Shown here one piece after another: positions 1 to 9,530 of a stretch of 64,000 nt of DNA. The stretch covers positions 128,001-192,000 of IMG/VR virus record IMGVR_UViG_3300025121_000014. One strand, 5' to 3'. A program made the position numbers and the translations under genes. Within the stretch, counting starts at the first letter, position 1. Every line of letters starts with the position of its first letter. This DNA comes from a virus. Lineage: Duplodnaviria > Caudoviricetes. A model generated the notes under the pieces. That model made no database searches. It was not told where the DNA came from and worked only from the letters and a program-made list of their open reading frames with translations.

Positions 1-627
1 TTAAAAGTAGATTATATTATTGATTCATCATTTAATAAAAAAATACAAGACGATATTATATCTTATTCTAAAGATAATAATATTAAAAAAATTATTTTAT
101 TAAATCATTGGAAAAGAGATATTGAAAAAATAGATGGATTAATTCTAATTCAGGCAATAGTTCCAGATGTATATGGTAATGAACATATGAGTTTTTATCG
201 ACCAGGTTTTGGTAATTGTGATGATTCTGAAATAAATTATTGTACATTAATATGTGAGGGAATAAGAAGAATTCACGAATCAAAAATAGGATTTATTCCT
301 ATTACACATATATCATATGGACATGATAAATTAAAATTTATTTTTATTGAAAATTTATATAACCCATTAGAATATATTTTAAAAGAAATTAATATAACAT
401 CAGAATACGAAATATATGATGATGAAAAAAATTCTAATTATGTTCTAAATGTTATAAGAGATATTATAGAATATAGAGGAACAATTTCGTTTGATAATAC
501 TCATTCTATTTACAATAAACCAATAAAAAGATTAGATTTTTATCAAGATAATAAATCACTTTATTATTATATTCGAAAAATTTATAATAATTTAATTCGT
601 AATAACGAAAGATTCATTAGTAATTAA
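1..627 (+). CDS. Hypothetical protein, 5'-truncated by window edge
   Basis: The frame of ORF 187..627 is open from base 1 (LKVDYIIDSSFNKK...), so the gene starts upstream of the window. Confidence 0.75.
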   Translation, partial: LKVDYIIDSSFNKKIQDDIISYSKDNNIKKIILLNHWKRDIEKIDGLILIQAIVPDVYGNEHMSFYRPGFGNCDDSEINYCTLICEGIRRIHESKIGFIPITHISYGHDKLKFIFIENLYNPLEYILKEINITSEYEIYDDEKNSNYVLNVIRDIIEYRGTISFDNTHSIYNKPIKRLDFYQDNKSLYYYIRKIYNNLIRNNERFISN

Positions 628-659
628 TTTTTATATATAATTAAAAAACCAAATAAATT

Positions 660-968
660 ATGAGACATTTAAAAACACCACATGAGTTTAATGATTTATC
701 AGAAAGTTTTAATGTATCTGATGATAATGAAAGTAAAATTTTATATAAAGTTGAAATAAATGGTGATATATATCAATTGTTAGAAGTAAAAGAAACAGAA
801 TTTACTGATGGTGAATTAATTATGGTAGTATATAAAAATGATGAAGAAATTGATATTGATGAAGAATTAGATAATCTTTTAAAACAATTCAGAACATTAA
901 AATTAACAGATGAAAATATGTGTAAATATATACTTTTCTATAATAGATTTAATGAATTATGTTATTAA
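660..968 (+). CDS. Hypothetical acidic protein with N-terminal MRHLKTPHEF leader (T4 capsid-targeting-like)
   Basis: ORF track; preceded by TTTTTATATATAA motif; leader resembles MKHIKKFENF of 26102..26578. Confidence 0.7.
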   Translation: MRHLKTPHEFNDLSESFNVSDDNESKILYKVEINGDIYQLLEVKETEFTDGELIMVVYKNDEEIDIDEELDNLLKQFRTLKLTDENMCKYILFYNRFNELCY

Positions 969-970
969 AA

Positions 971-1002
971 TTTGTATATTAGAAATAAAAGTAGTATCTT
1001 TG
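971..1002 (+). promoter_or_regulatory. Bacteroidota sigma-A-type promoter
   Basis: TTTG (971-974) - 20 nt - TATCTTTG (995-1002), matching the -33 TTTG / -7 TAnnTTTG consensus. Confidence 0.7.
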
Positions 1003-1058
1003 ACATATATTTATAAAGCAAAACGATTATAAGATGATTCATACTATATAACATTTAA

Positions 1059-1457
1059 ATGAATAAAAACAAAAAACTTATAAATTGGCAAGAACTTAGC
1101 AACGCTTTATTACATATTGTTAGTGAATATTTTATTTGTCACATTTCAGAAGATGATGGGTTTGGTTATGTTCTTGTTATGGAAAAAAGTGGGAAAGCGT
1201 TTGCAAGAACATACTGGTTTGTTGACCATACTGATACTATTTATTTTGACTGGTTAAGTGTTGATGAAAAATATCGAGGAAAAGGTATTGCTACAGAACT
1301 ACTGAACTATCATATAAAAATAGCAAAAATGTTTGGAGTTGAAACAATGCTTTGGGTAAAAAAAGATACTTGGATACACGAATGGTATAAACGTAAAGGA
1401 TATAAAGATTATAAAGATTACGATAAAGAAAACATTTGGATGCAAATGCTATCTTAA
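1059..1457 (+). CDS. GNAT family N-acetyltransferase
   Basis: Motif A LSVDEKYRGKGIATELL and motif B WYKRKGY. Confidence 0.85.
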   Translation: MNKNKKLINWQELSNALLHIVSEYFICHISEDDGFGYVLVMEKSGKAFARTYWFVDHTDTIYFDWLSVDEKYRGKGIATELLNYHIKIAKMFGVETMLWVKKDTWIHEWYKRKGYKDYKDYDKENIWMQMLS

Positions 1458-1493
1458 TAATTATATATGCACATAATCAAAAATTAAAATAAA

Positions 1494-1769
1494 ATGAAAA
1501 AATTTAAAATTATAACATTAGTAACTATTGTAATATTAATAGTTGGGCTTTCTTCTTGTAATGAAAAACAAGAAAAATTAAAATATCCAACAACACCTAC
1601 TAAGTGGGTAGTTGATCGTATTCGACAAAATACAAATGAGATAAGTTTTTATCATGTTTGTTCAATTGAAAAAGAAGATATTAATTTTAGAACAAACTCT
1701 ACTTGGTTTGTGGATAGTGTTGGTAAATTTACTGTCGGTGATACAGTATCTTTCTATACTTGTCATTAA
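1494..1769 (+). CDS. Putative lipoprotein
   Basis: Basic N-terminus, hydrophobic core, LSSC lipobox followed by charged NEKQEK. Confidence 0.65.
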   Translation: MKKFKIITLVTIVILIVGLSSCNEKQEKLKYPTTPTKWVVDRIRQNTNEISFYHVCSIEKEDINFRTNSTWFVDSVGKFTVGDTVSFYTCH

Positions 1770-1798
1770 CATTTATTAAAATTAAAAAATATAATTAT

Positions 1799-2068
1799 AT
1801 GGAAAATAAAGAATTAAAAACTATTATTTATAGTAGAATTGATTTAAAAGAAAATGAAAATAAAAGAATTGAAGATATTCATATTAAAGATTTTAGAATA
1901 ATTAGTGATATTTTTTCAGAAGATTTATATATTTTTGTTGATGATGATTTTACAACAAAGATATTAAAAAGTAGATTTACTGATAGTGAAATAATTAAAA
2001 ACTATGATTTTAAAATAATTAAAAAATATGATTTTAAAAAAAGATTTTTTAATTTTTTTCGGTTTTAA
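1799..2068 (+). CDS. Hypothetical protein
   Basis: ORF track 1760..2068; ATG at 1799 (MENKELK) preferred to avoid overlap with the upstream gene. Confidence 0.6.
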   Translation: MENKELKTIIYSRIDLKENENKRIEDIHIKDFRIISDIFSEDLYIFVDDDFTTKILKSRFTDSEIIKNYDFKIIKKYDFKKRFFNFFRF

Positions 2069-2131
2069 TTTTTAAATATAAAGGTTTGTATAATACCTGT
2101 AAAGAAATTTGAAATACTTAATTGTTGATAT

Positions 2132-2458
2132 ATGAAAATGTTAAATATAATTACAAACACATTTAACTCTTTAACGACTTTCATATATAGTATGTTAGAT
2201 TGGATTGTTTATTTATTTTGGGAAATAGGGTGGATGACTATTCAATTACTAAAAGGCAACATAAACGGTACAATAGAAATGTTATATTGGATAAGGATAC
2301 ATTTGACATATGATGGGAAATATATAAGTAAAACAAAATTATCATTAACACAAATAATTAAAAATATTTGCATTGAGATAGTGGGACTTATAGTGACATT
2401 AGGAATTTTATTTTTAACTATTATGTTCATTTTATTGATTATGACTATGAACTACTAA
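2132..2458 (+). CDS. Hypothetical membrane protein
   Basis: Hydrophobic C-terminal segment IVGLIVTLGILFLTIMFILLIM. Confidence 0.6.
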   Translation: MKMLNIITNTFNSLTTFIYSMLDWIVYLFWEIGWMTIQLLKGNINGTIEMLYWIRIHLTYDGKYISKTKLSLTQIIKNICIEIVGLIVTLGILFLTIMFILLIMTMNY

Positions 2459-2517
2459 AATTAAAATTTAATATTTAATTATAAATATTTTATATATAAA
2501 ATAAAATATTTATTAAT

Positions 2518-2943
2518 ATGGAACACGACAAAAAACTAAAAAATTTCATTAAAACTAATATTAAAGATTTTTTGAATGAACAAGTTGTGATGAAAAAACC
2601 TATCATAATTAAATCAAAAAAGAATGATTTGATGTATATTAAAATTAGCTTTGATGAAAAAGGTAGAGTTGATAAAATTGAGAATAAATGGGATGTTAAA
2701 ATACCCGAATATTATGGTTTTGATATTAATGAAATTGAAATAAATAATTGGATTAGAAGAAAAGAACCAGATTTATACATTGAAAAAGAAATAAACGAAA
2801 ATACATATAAAATAGCGTTTGATGATGAAATTAAATATGAACTTAAACGTTATTTACAGAATACAATATGGAATAAAGTTGGTGGAATTGACGAAAGAGC
2901 TGATAAACTAATGGAATTACATAATGAACTACACATCAAATAA
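2518..2943 (+). CDS. Hypothetical protein; last codons supplied by inserted mini-element
   Basis: ORF track; ORF reads into the element right end at 2924. Confidence 0.7.
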   Translation: MEHDKKLKNFIKTNIKDFLNEQVVMKKPIIIKSKKNDLMYIKISFDEKGRVDKIENKWDVKIPEYYGFDINEIEINNWIRRKEPDLYIEKEINENTYKIAFDDEIKYELKRYLQNTIWNKVGGIDERADKLMELHNELHIK

Positions 2944-3276
2944 ATATTAATGTGTTTCAACGTTTCATAGACTTGACTATTGTCAACGCCTCACCGTCTT
3001 TTTGTTTATACTACGAAATCAGTCCCTGACCCACAGTTTAAAAATATTTTTAAACATTTTTAATGACACTTAACTTGGTTTTCGTTAAATGTTTGACTAT
3101 CAAGTATTTACATACTTGAACCTCAATGATTTTACTTGATCTAGGTTTGTAGATCAAAACCATTAAATCATTTCAAAGAACTTTTATTTAATTATTATAT
3201 ATATTAAATAATGAAAGCCAAAAAAGTCAAATTCATCACATAACTAAAGGTTTATGTGTTTTCTTTGATGGCTCAT
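2924..3276 (-). mobile_element. ORF-less IS200/IS605 mini-element A (left end + promoter + structured RNA + right end)
   Basis: On the minus strand: TTTAT then LE hairpin (atgagccatcaaag...gaatttgac); ends in hairpin + GTAGTTCAT; ends homologous to the intact tnpB element at 14510..15969. Confidence 0.85.
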
Positions 3277-3295
3277 ATAAAAAAAAGTTTTTAAA

Positions 3296-3976
3296 ATGTG
3301 GAGTTATTACGGAAGAAAAAGTAAAGTAGTTAAATATTACCCTAATCCAATACACGACAAAATAATAGAACCTTTTGCAGGAACCGCCGTTTATTCGTTA
3401 TATGAAAATAATTGGGAAAAAGAAGTATTGTTAGTTGATAAATATAATGTTATTGTTGAATTATGGCATTATTTACAACAAGCAACAGCAAAAGATATAT
3501 TATCATTACCTGATATGGAATATCATGATAATGTTGATCAACATACACAATTATCAAAAGAAGAAAAATGGTTAATAGGTTTTAATATAAACGGTGGTTC
3601 ATCTCAACCAAAAAAAACTACTATGAAATATAATGTTTGGAATAATATTAAACCTGTTATTGCAGAAAATCTTTATAAAATTAAACATTGGAAAATTATA
3701 GAAGGTGATTATAGAGATATTAAAAATGAAAAAGCAACCTGGTTTATAGATCCACCTTATCAAACTGGTGGAATTTATTATAGACACAATAATTCTAAAA
3801 TTAATTTTCCAGAATTATCAGATTGGTGTAAAAGTAGAAATGGTCAAATTATTGTTTGTGAAAATACTAAAGCTGATTGGATGGATTTTAAAGCATTAAA
3901 AAAAATGAGAGGTTCTTTACATACAACAACTGAAGCAATTTGGTATCGCGAAAATAATGAAATACTTATTAACTAA
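3296..3976 (+). CDS. dam: DNA adenine methyltransferase (Dam/D12 class)
   Basis: YYGRKSK start, EPFAG SAM-binding motif, DPPY catalytic motif. Confidence 0.85.
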   Translation: MWSYYGRKSKVVKYYPNPIHDKIIEPFAGTAVYSLYENNWEKEVLLVDKYNVIVELWHYLQQATAKDILSLPDMEYHDNVDQHTQLSKEEKWLIGFNINGGSSQPKKTTMKYNVWNNIKPVIAENLYKIKHWKIIEGDYRDIKNEKATWFIDPPYQTGGIYYRHNNSKINFPELSDWCKSRNGQIIVCENTKADWMDFKALKKMRGSLHTTTEAIWYRENNEILIN

Positions 3977-4000
3977 AACACGTTATTGTAAAGAAAATAT

Positions 4001-4033
4001 AAAACCAAATATTTCTATTAAATATTTGGTTTT
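4001..4033 (+). terminator. Inverted repeat, probable intrinsic terminator
   Basis: aaaaccaaatattt-ctatt-aaatatttggtttt directly after the methyltransferase gene. Confidence 0.6.
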
Positions 4034-4096
4034 GTTGTTTATTATGCTTATATTAGATTTAAAATATAATAATTTGAAACATTAAACAAAATTAAT

Positions 4097-4456
4097 ATGG
4101 AAAAATTTATAATTATAACAGCAGATACAAACGATGGTGATTATATTACTGAAAGATACAAAATTACTGATGAACAAATTGCAAAAATAATTCCAGTTGT
4201 AGAAGCAATAAAAAAAATTAAATTTGAACCTTATATCGTAACAAAACCTGGATATTGGTCACATAAACAAAACAGTAATTACCCTACTGGTGAAATGCAT
4301 AGAAGTGATTTAGGTGAAAAATCTGCAAAAGATTTATACGGGCATCTTGAAGGATTTGAATTATTTAATAGTTTTTGTCCTTTGGGAGAATATGGTATTC
4401 ATACTATAGTATCAGTTGAAATTATTCAAGTTGCAGAAACAATTAATTTATTATAA
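4097..4456 (+). CDS. Hypothetical protein
   Basis: ORF track, phage-like codon usage. Confidence 0.7.
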   Translation: MEKFIIITADTNDGDYITERYKITDEQIAKIIPVVEAIKKIKFEPYIVTKPGYWSHKQNSNYPTGEMHRSDLGEKSAKDLYGHLEGFELFNSFCPLGEYGIHTIVSVEIIQVAETINLL

Positions 4457-4457
4457 A

Positions 4458-4874
4458 ATGAAAAATTTAAAAGAAATATTAAGAGAAAAAACAATTAAAT
4501 ATTACAATAGTAAATCTTGTAATAGAAATATGGAAAATTTTCATATGGGTGATTTATTTTATATATTATTTAATGATGTAAATAATTGGCCAGACGTATC
4601 ATATTGTTGTGGTTGTGAAGATTGTAATTGTGATGATAGTGAAAAGATAAAAGAAGAATTAGATATGGAAAATAATGAAATATTAGAAATAAATGATAAT
4701 TTCATAACTATTGCTTGTGGTGGTGATTGGCAAAATCCTTTAACTTTAACAATTAAAGCTATTGATGATAAATTAACAGTAGTCAATATCAAAAATGGTT
4801 ATGATGATGGAAAATATTGGAATAAATCGGAACTTTTTTTAAAAGATATTGGATTAGATATAACAACAATTTAA
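4458..4874 (+). CDS. Hypothetical protein with small Cys cluster (CCGCEDCNC)
   Basis: ORF track 4416..4874; ATG at 4458 (MKNLKEIL) abuts the upstream stop. Confidence 0.7.
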   Translation: MKNLKEILREKTIKYYNSKSCNRNMENFHMGDLFYILFNDVNNWPDVSYCCGCEDCNCDDSEKIKEELDMENNEILEINDNFITIACGGDWQNPLTLTIKAIDDKLTVVNIKNGYDDGKYWNKSELFLKDIGLDITTI

Positions 4875-4891
4875 AATTAAAAATTAAAAAA

Positions 4892-5170
4892 ATGAAAAAA
4901 AATTTAACATTAAAAAAACTCTTGAAACTAGGTTTTAAAGAGAATGTAGTTACAAAAGAAGAATCTGGAGATAATGAATATAGATATTATTCATTAGAAT
5001 TAAATGATGAAAACGATGATTGTCTTATTAGTGATTCAGATGATGAAATAAAAGATGGTTTATACACAGTTAATCTATTTAATTCGGAAATGGGTTATTG
5101 TTACAATACAAAACAAATAAAAAAGTTATATAAAGCATTAAAAGGTGTAAAATTAAAAAAAAATAAATAG
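4892..5170 (+). CDS. Hypothetical protein
   Basis: ORF track. Confidence 0.7.
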   Translation: MKKNLTLKKLLKLGFKENVVTKEESGDNEYRYYSLELNDENDDCLISDSDDEIKDGLYTVNLFNSEMGYCYNTKQIKKLYKALKGVKLKKNK

Positions 5171-5176
5171 TTAATT

Positions 5177-5416
5177 GTGATGCAATTTTATATAATAAAA
5201 ACAGAAACTATACAAGTTGGGTATGAAAATGCATCTAATATTAGTTTTATTGCTTGGGATGATAATAAAAAACCAATAAAAGTAAATGCTGCAACTGCAT
5301 ATAGATACTACACAGAAGAAGGTGTAAAACAAGCAATAAAAAATGGGAATATAAATAATGAAAATTGGATACCTCATTTATTAGTTATGGATACCTACGA
5401 TGTAAAATTTAATTAA
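5177..5416 (+). CDS. Hypothetical protein
   Basis: ORF track. Confidence 0.65.
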   Translation: MMQFYIIKTETIQVGYENASNISFIAWDDNKKPIKVNAATAYRYYTEEGVKQAIKNGNINNENWIPHLLVMDTYDVKFN

Positions 5417-5457
5417 ACCTAAAAAAATTATTTATAATATGAAACACATTAAAAAAT

Positions 5458-5742
5458 ATGATTTGGTTATTTAGAGTTGACAATGTATTTTGGGACAACA
5501 AACCAAAAGTTAATGAACATTATTTATTTGATAGTAATGATACGGAGTTTGATATAACTCAATATGACATTTCTTTATATTTTAGCACGTCTGATTATTA
5601 TTTGTTGGAAGAATCTAATGATACGGAAATATATAGTTTACTATTTGTAGGATTAAATCATAATCCAAAGAGATTATCTGTATCAGATGGTTCTGAAATT
5701 CATAATATCATTAGATACTTTTATATGGAAAAATCAAAATAA
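5458..5742 (+). CDS. Hypothetical protein (out-of-frame MKHIKKY leader at 5439)
   Basis: ORF track; ATG AAA CAC ATT AAA AAA TAT begins 19 nt upstream in another frame. Confidence 0.55.
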   Translation: MIWLFRVDNVFWDNKPKVNEHYLFDSNDTEFDITQYDISLYFSTSDYYLLEESNDTEIYSLLFVGLNHNPKRLSVSDGSEIHNIIRYFYMEKSK

Positions 5743-5895
5743 AAATAAACTTGAATATAACGTCTGGAAATATCGTTTTAATACAATATGTTTGTTATTT
5801 TTAAAAATTATGTTTAAATTTGTATATTAAAAATTAATTAACAGCACGGATTATTAATACAAAAGTTTAAAATATGAATAGTTAAATTTACAAAG

Positions 5896-6207
5896 ATGAT
5901 TAATAAAATAATTGAAGATAGTATTAAAATTGGTATTCCAGTAAAATGTGAATATGTTCCAAATATCGGTTTTGTATATGAAATTGATGATTTTTATAAG
6001 AGTGGAACAATATCAATTAAAGAAGAAAATGGAAAATTAATTGCAACAGCAAGATATAATGAAAAAACTGAAATAGAAGAACCGATAGATATTGTGAATT
6101 TGAATTACCGATGGTGGGTATATTCTAAAGATATGTATGAAGATTGGAAGTACCCATCTGAAATTTGGAAAAAGTTATTTGATATATACAAACTTAATTA
6201 TGCATAA
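5896..6207 (+). CDS. Hypothetical protein
   Basis: ORF track. Confidence 0.7.
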   Translation: MINKIIEDSIKIGIPVKCEYVPNIGFVYEIDDFYKSGTISIKEENGKLIATARYNEKTEIEEPIDIVNLNYRWWVYSKDMYEDWKYPSEIWKKLFDIYKLNYA

Positions 6208-6439
6208 TATAATATATTTACAAATTAAAAAAATTTATAGTGGTTTGAAAGACTCTGTTCTTAACGATGTTGCGAAAAGGAAAGAAGATTTTAATGATAG
6301 TTGGATGGGATATATTGAATATGAACAACAATCTTTTATTGAAGATTGTGTTGATAATTTTGAAGATAGTGAATTTACAGAAGATGAAGTTAGGAAGGTC
6401 GCTAATCAAGTTATAAAAGATTTACCTCTTGATATTTAA
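6200..6439 (+). CDS. Hypothetical protein
   Basis: ORF track 6137..6439; ATG at 6200 gives only a short overlap with the upstream gene. Confidence 0.55.
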   Translation: MHNIIYLQIKKIYSGLKDSVLNDVAKRKEDFNDSWMGYIEYEQQSFIEDCVDNFEDSEFTEDEVRKVANQVIKDLPLDI

Positions 6440-6484
6440 AATGTTGTCTAATGGTTGGGTATTATTTAATTAAAAGAAATAAAG

Positions 6485-6772
6485 ATGAATAACTTACAAA
6501 ATAATGAAAAAAGTGATGCACCACCAATAGGGTATGACACACTGTTAGTCGCTATTAAAAATAGACGGTTAAAAGAATGGTTCTATTATTTTAAAAACGG
6601 ACACGAATTTCTTTTAAATGAAGAGGTGGATATTATTTGCAATACCAGATATGAAGAAAAATATAAATGGATGAATGATGGACAAATACAAAAACTTATA
6701 CGTGTTAGGGTAAAAGAAATGTACAAAAAGAAATTCCCTAATGCAAAACGATGGTCATTAGCTTGTTTTTAA
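6485..6772 (+). CDS. Hypothetical protein
   Basis: ORF track. Confidence 0.65.
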   Translation: MNNLQNNEKSDAPPIGYDTLLVAIKNRRLKEWFYYFKNGHEFLLNEEVDIICNTRYEEKYKWMNDGQIQKLIRVRVKEMYKKKFPNAKRWSLACF

Positions 6773-6814
6773 TTGTAGTTAACAATTACCGATGAATTAA
6801 AACAAAGTTAGATA

Positions 6815-7155
6815 ATGAACTACCATTAATTTAAAAATTTAATGGTTTCTTTGTATATTTATTTACAAAAACTCCGTAGAGGCTCGTCCATTGAAGCAAA
6901 AGTAGATGTTTTTTAAAAACATATTTAAACTACAAAAAACTTGTTCGTCAAACAAGTTATCTGGTTGAAACTGAACCAGTTCAGTAATATGACGAAAACT
7001 ACTTTATTGATTTTACATCACTTAAGATTTAAAGTGATAACCAAATATATCAAAGAACTTTTATTTAATTATTATATATATTAAATAATTAAAGACTGTT
7101 TTTGTCAAATTCATCCTTTAAACTAAAGATTTAACGGTTTTCTTTGACTGGTCAT
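6815..7155 (-). mobile_element. ORF-less IS200/IS605 mini-element B
   Basis: Minus strand: TTTAT then atgaccagtcaaagaaaaccgttaaatctttagtttaaaggatgaatttgac LE; RE gaaaccattaa...ttaatggtagttcat. Confidence 0.85.
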
Positions 7156-7177
7156 ATAAAAAAAAATAAAAATAAAA

Positions 7178-7765
7178 ATGAAAACTAAAGATTTTATAAA
7201 AATGTTACAAAAAACTGATCCAAGTGGAGAAGCATATATTAGAATTGGTGGTGCAATTATAGGTGCAGAATTAAAACCGGGGTATTGGGATGGTCCTTAC
7301 GAATATATGGATGAAAATGGTATTTTTGTTAGTAGTATAAAAGGACAAAAAGTAGATATTCATACAGAAAATATGGAAGATATAGTTTATGAATTAGATG
7401 GAGATATGGATAAAGTAAAAGAAAAGATACGATTTGAATATGATGGGTATGTAAATAATGGAAAAGATAGAATAGAAAATATATGGAAAAATCTTGAAAA
7501 AGTAGCTGAAAATGCAAGAGAATTTCATAAAAAATCGTTAATAAATTTTACTAAAAAAATAAAAGAACGTTATAAAAAAGGTGAATTTATAATTGAAAAA
7601 ATAAATAATGAACATCCATTACATATGACTAATTTTTATTGGAAAAATAAATTAAGTAAAAAAGGAGGAATATGTGGTGGAGAACATGATGTAATATTTA
7701 AAACAGATTTATTTGAAAAAATAAAATATGAAGAAGGTTATAATAAATTAATAATTAAAAAATAA
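7178..7765 (+). CDS. Hypothetical protein
   Basis: ORF track; GYWDGPYEY motif, function unknown. Confidence 0.75.
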   Translation: MKTKDFIKMLQKTDPSGEAYIRIGGAIIGAELKPGYWDGPYEYMDENGIFVSSIKGQKVDIHTENMEDIVYELDGDMDKVKEKIRFEYDGYVNNGKDRIENIWKNLEKVAENAREFHKKSLINFTKKIKERYKKGEFIIEKINNEHPLHMTNFYWKNKLSKKGGICGGEHDVIFKTDLFEKIKYEEGYNKLIIKK

Positions 7766-7881
7766 AAAAAGGAGGGAATCATGACATAGATTAAACAACC
7801 ACCATAACATAATTATTAAAAATGTTCTACATAGAATGAAAAATTAAAAATTAGTATAAATAAAATAAATAAAAAATAATT

Positions 7882-8331
7882 ATGAAAACAATGGAAATAA
7901 TAAAAACAGAAAAAATAGAATCTAATAATGTAAATGAATTAGTTAAAGCATTCAACAATTTTGTTGAAGAATTAAAAGAAACGATGGAAAGTAAAACATA
8001 TCAAGGAGAACCAATATATCGTTTTACAACAGAACCAAAAGAAATAAATATTTCTAATTTAAAAGAATTGGGTATTAGAGATATTAAAAGATTTAAAAGA
8101 TATTTAAATAAAGCAATTTTATATAAATCAGAAAAATCAATAAATCGTTTATTTAACTTAGTATATAAAAGATTTTTAAAATTAGAAAATATACCAAGAT
8201 TTGTTTGTGATAAGCATGAAATAATACAAAAATTAAGAAAAGAATGGAAGATTCAACAAAAAATTGCTAATCAAATGTTAAAACAATACAAATTAGAAAA
8301 AGGTAATTTTTATAAAACAATAAAAGTATAA
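7882..8331 (+). CDS. Hypothetical basic protein
   Basis: ORF track. Confidence 0.7.
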   Translation: MKTMEIIKTEKIESNNVNELVKAFNNFVEELKETMESKTYQGEPIYRFTTEPKEINISNLKELGIRDIKRFKRYLNKAILYKSEKSINRLFNLVYKRFLKLENIPRFVCDKHEIIQKLRKEWKIQQKIANQMLKQYKLEKGNFYKTIKV

Positions 8332-8334
8332 TAT

Positions 8335-8374
8335 TTAAAATGCAAGGATATTTAAAAATATCCTTGCATTTTAA
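8335..8374 (+). terminator. Perfect 19-bp-arm inverted repeat overlapping the tRNA promoter
   Basis: ttaaaatgcaaggatattt-aa-aaatatccttgcattttaa. Confidence 0.65.
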
Positions 8375-8393
8375 AAAATTTTATTTATCTTTG
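8364..8393 (+). promoter_or_regulatory. Bacteroidota-type promoter for tRNA
   Basis: TTGC at 8364 and TATCTTTG at 8386-8393, 12 nt upstream of the tRNA 5' end. Confidence 0.6.
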
Positions 8394-8405
8394 TAAATGA
8401 AAAAT

Positions 8406-8480
8406 GGCCTCATAGTTCTAATTGTGCAGAATAGCGGGTTCTAACCCCGAAGGTTGTAGGTTCGAATCCTACTGAGGTCA
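8406..8480 (+). tRNA. tRNA with CTA anticodon (amber suppressor-like, tRNA-Arg(TCT)-like scaffold)
   Basis: Acceptor GGCCTCA/TGAGGTC, D stem GTTC/GAAT, anticodon stem CGGG/CCCG with loop TT-CTA-AC, variable loop AGGTT, T arm GTAGG-TTCGAAT-CCTAC; followed by CAA, not CCA. Confidence 0.75.
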
Positions 8481-8568
8481 CAAATTATAATTTAAATCGA
8501 CTAATAAAATACAAAAATTTGAATATCATCATCCGTATCGTTATATTAATTTTTAAATATTTAAATAA

Positions 8569-9459
8569 ATGACAGCATCAAAATTATTATTTGATTTTAC
8601 AAATAAATTTCAAAATAAATATCGATTTAATCCGGTTTTTAATACTTTTGTAGATTTTATGTATAGATTAGACGATTATAATTATTTAAAATTGAATTTT
8701 CCTAACGTATATAAAAATTTCTTTAAAAATAATAAAAATTGTGAAATTAAAAACGGAGATAATGGTTATTTATTATTTGATAATGAAAAACAAAAAATTA
8801 AATTAGGTAAATTTTTATCAAGTTTACGACAAGATTCAACTAAACGCAAACTTGATAAAAGTGAAATATATTCAATAGAAAATATAGTAAATTCGTATAA
8901 ATCTTGGGCAAATATAAATAATAAATTTAAATTTGTAGAATTAAAAGGTCGTGAAATTGTTACCAAAGGATATAATACACGATATTATTATATAAAAATG
9001 GGAACATTGCTTAGATCTTGTATGAATAATAAAAAATTATTTATAGGTTTATATAAACGAAATAAGAAAAAAATATCTTTATTGACATTGCAAGATAATA
9101 ACGGCAAAATTCACACAAGAGCATTAGTATGGAAATTAGATAGACCATTTAATACAATATTAATGGATCGTGTTTATTATATAAGTGATTATATGATAGA
9201 TATGTTTCAAGAATATGCTAAAGAAAACGGTTGGTTATATAGATCAAATTATAATACAGGAATTACTAATAAAGAATATACTAATTATAATAATAAAGAG
9301 TTATTACAAGTACAATTAAATACTTGGGGAAATATTTTTCATCCATATATGGATACTATGATTTATAGAACTGGTTTAGATGGCATTTTTACAAATAAGA
9401 AAATATTTAATACTAAATGGAAAATGACACGCACAGATGGTTTAATGACACGAATATGA
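8569..9459 (+). CDS. Conserved-looking phage protein (SCM...RALxW...MDRxY...PYMDT motifs), function unknown
   Basis: ORF track; recognisable motif series typical of large-phage hypothetical proteins. Confidence 0.6.
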   Translation: MTASKLLFDFTNKFQNKYRFNPVFNTFVDFMYRLDDYNYLKLNFPNVYKNFFKNNKNCEIKNGDNGYLLFDNEKQKIKLGKFLSSLRQDSTKRKLDKSEIYSIENIVNSYKSWANINNKFKFVELKGREIVTKGYNTRYYYIKMGTLLRSCMNNKKLFIGLYKRNKKKISLLTLQDNNGKIHTRALVWKLDRPFNTILMDRVYYISDYMIDMFQEYAKENGWLYRSNYNTGITNKEYTNYNNKELLQVQLNTWGNIFHPYMDTMIYRTGLDGIFTNKKIFNTKWKMTRTDGLMTRI

Positions 9460-9530
9460 AAGGTACATTAAATGAACATTAAGAACTTAAACAATTTTTT
9501 TCTATTTCAACTTTTCATAAACTATACCTT

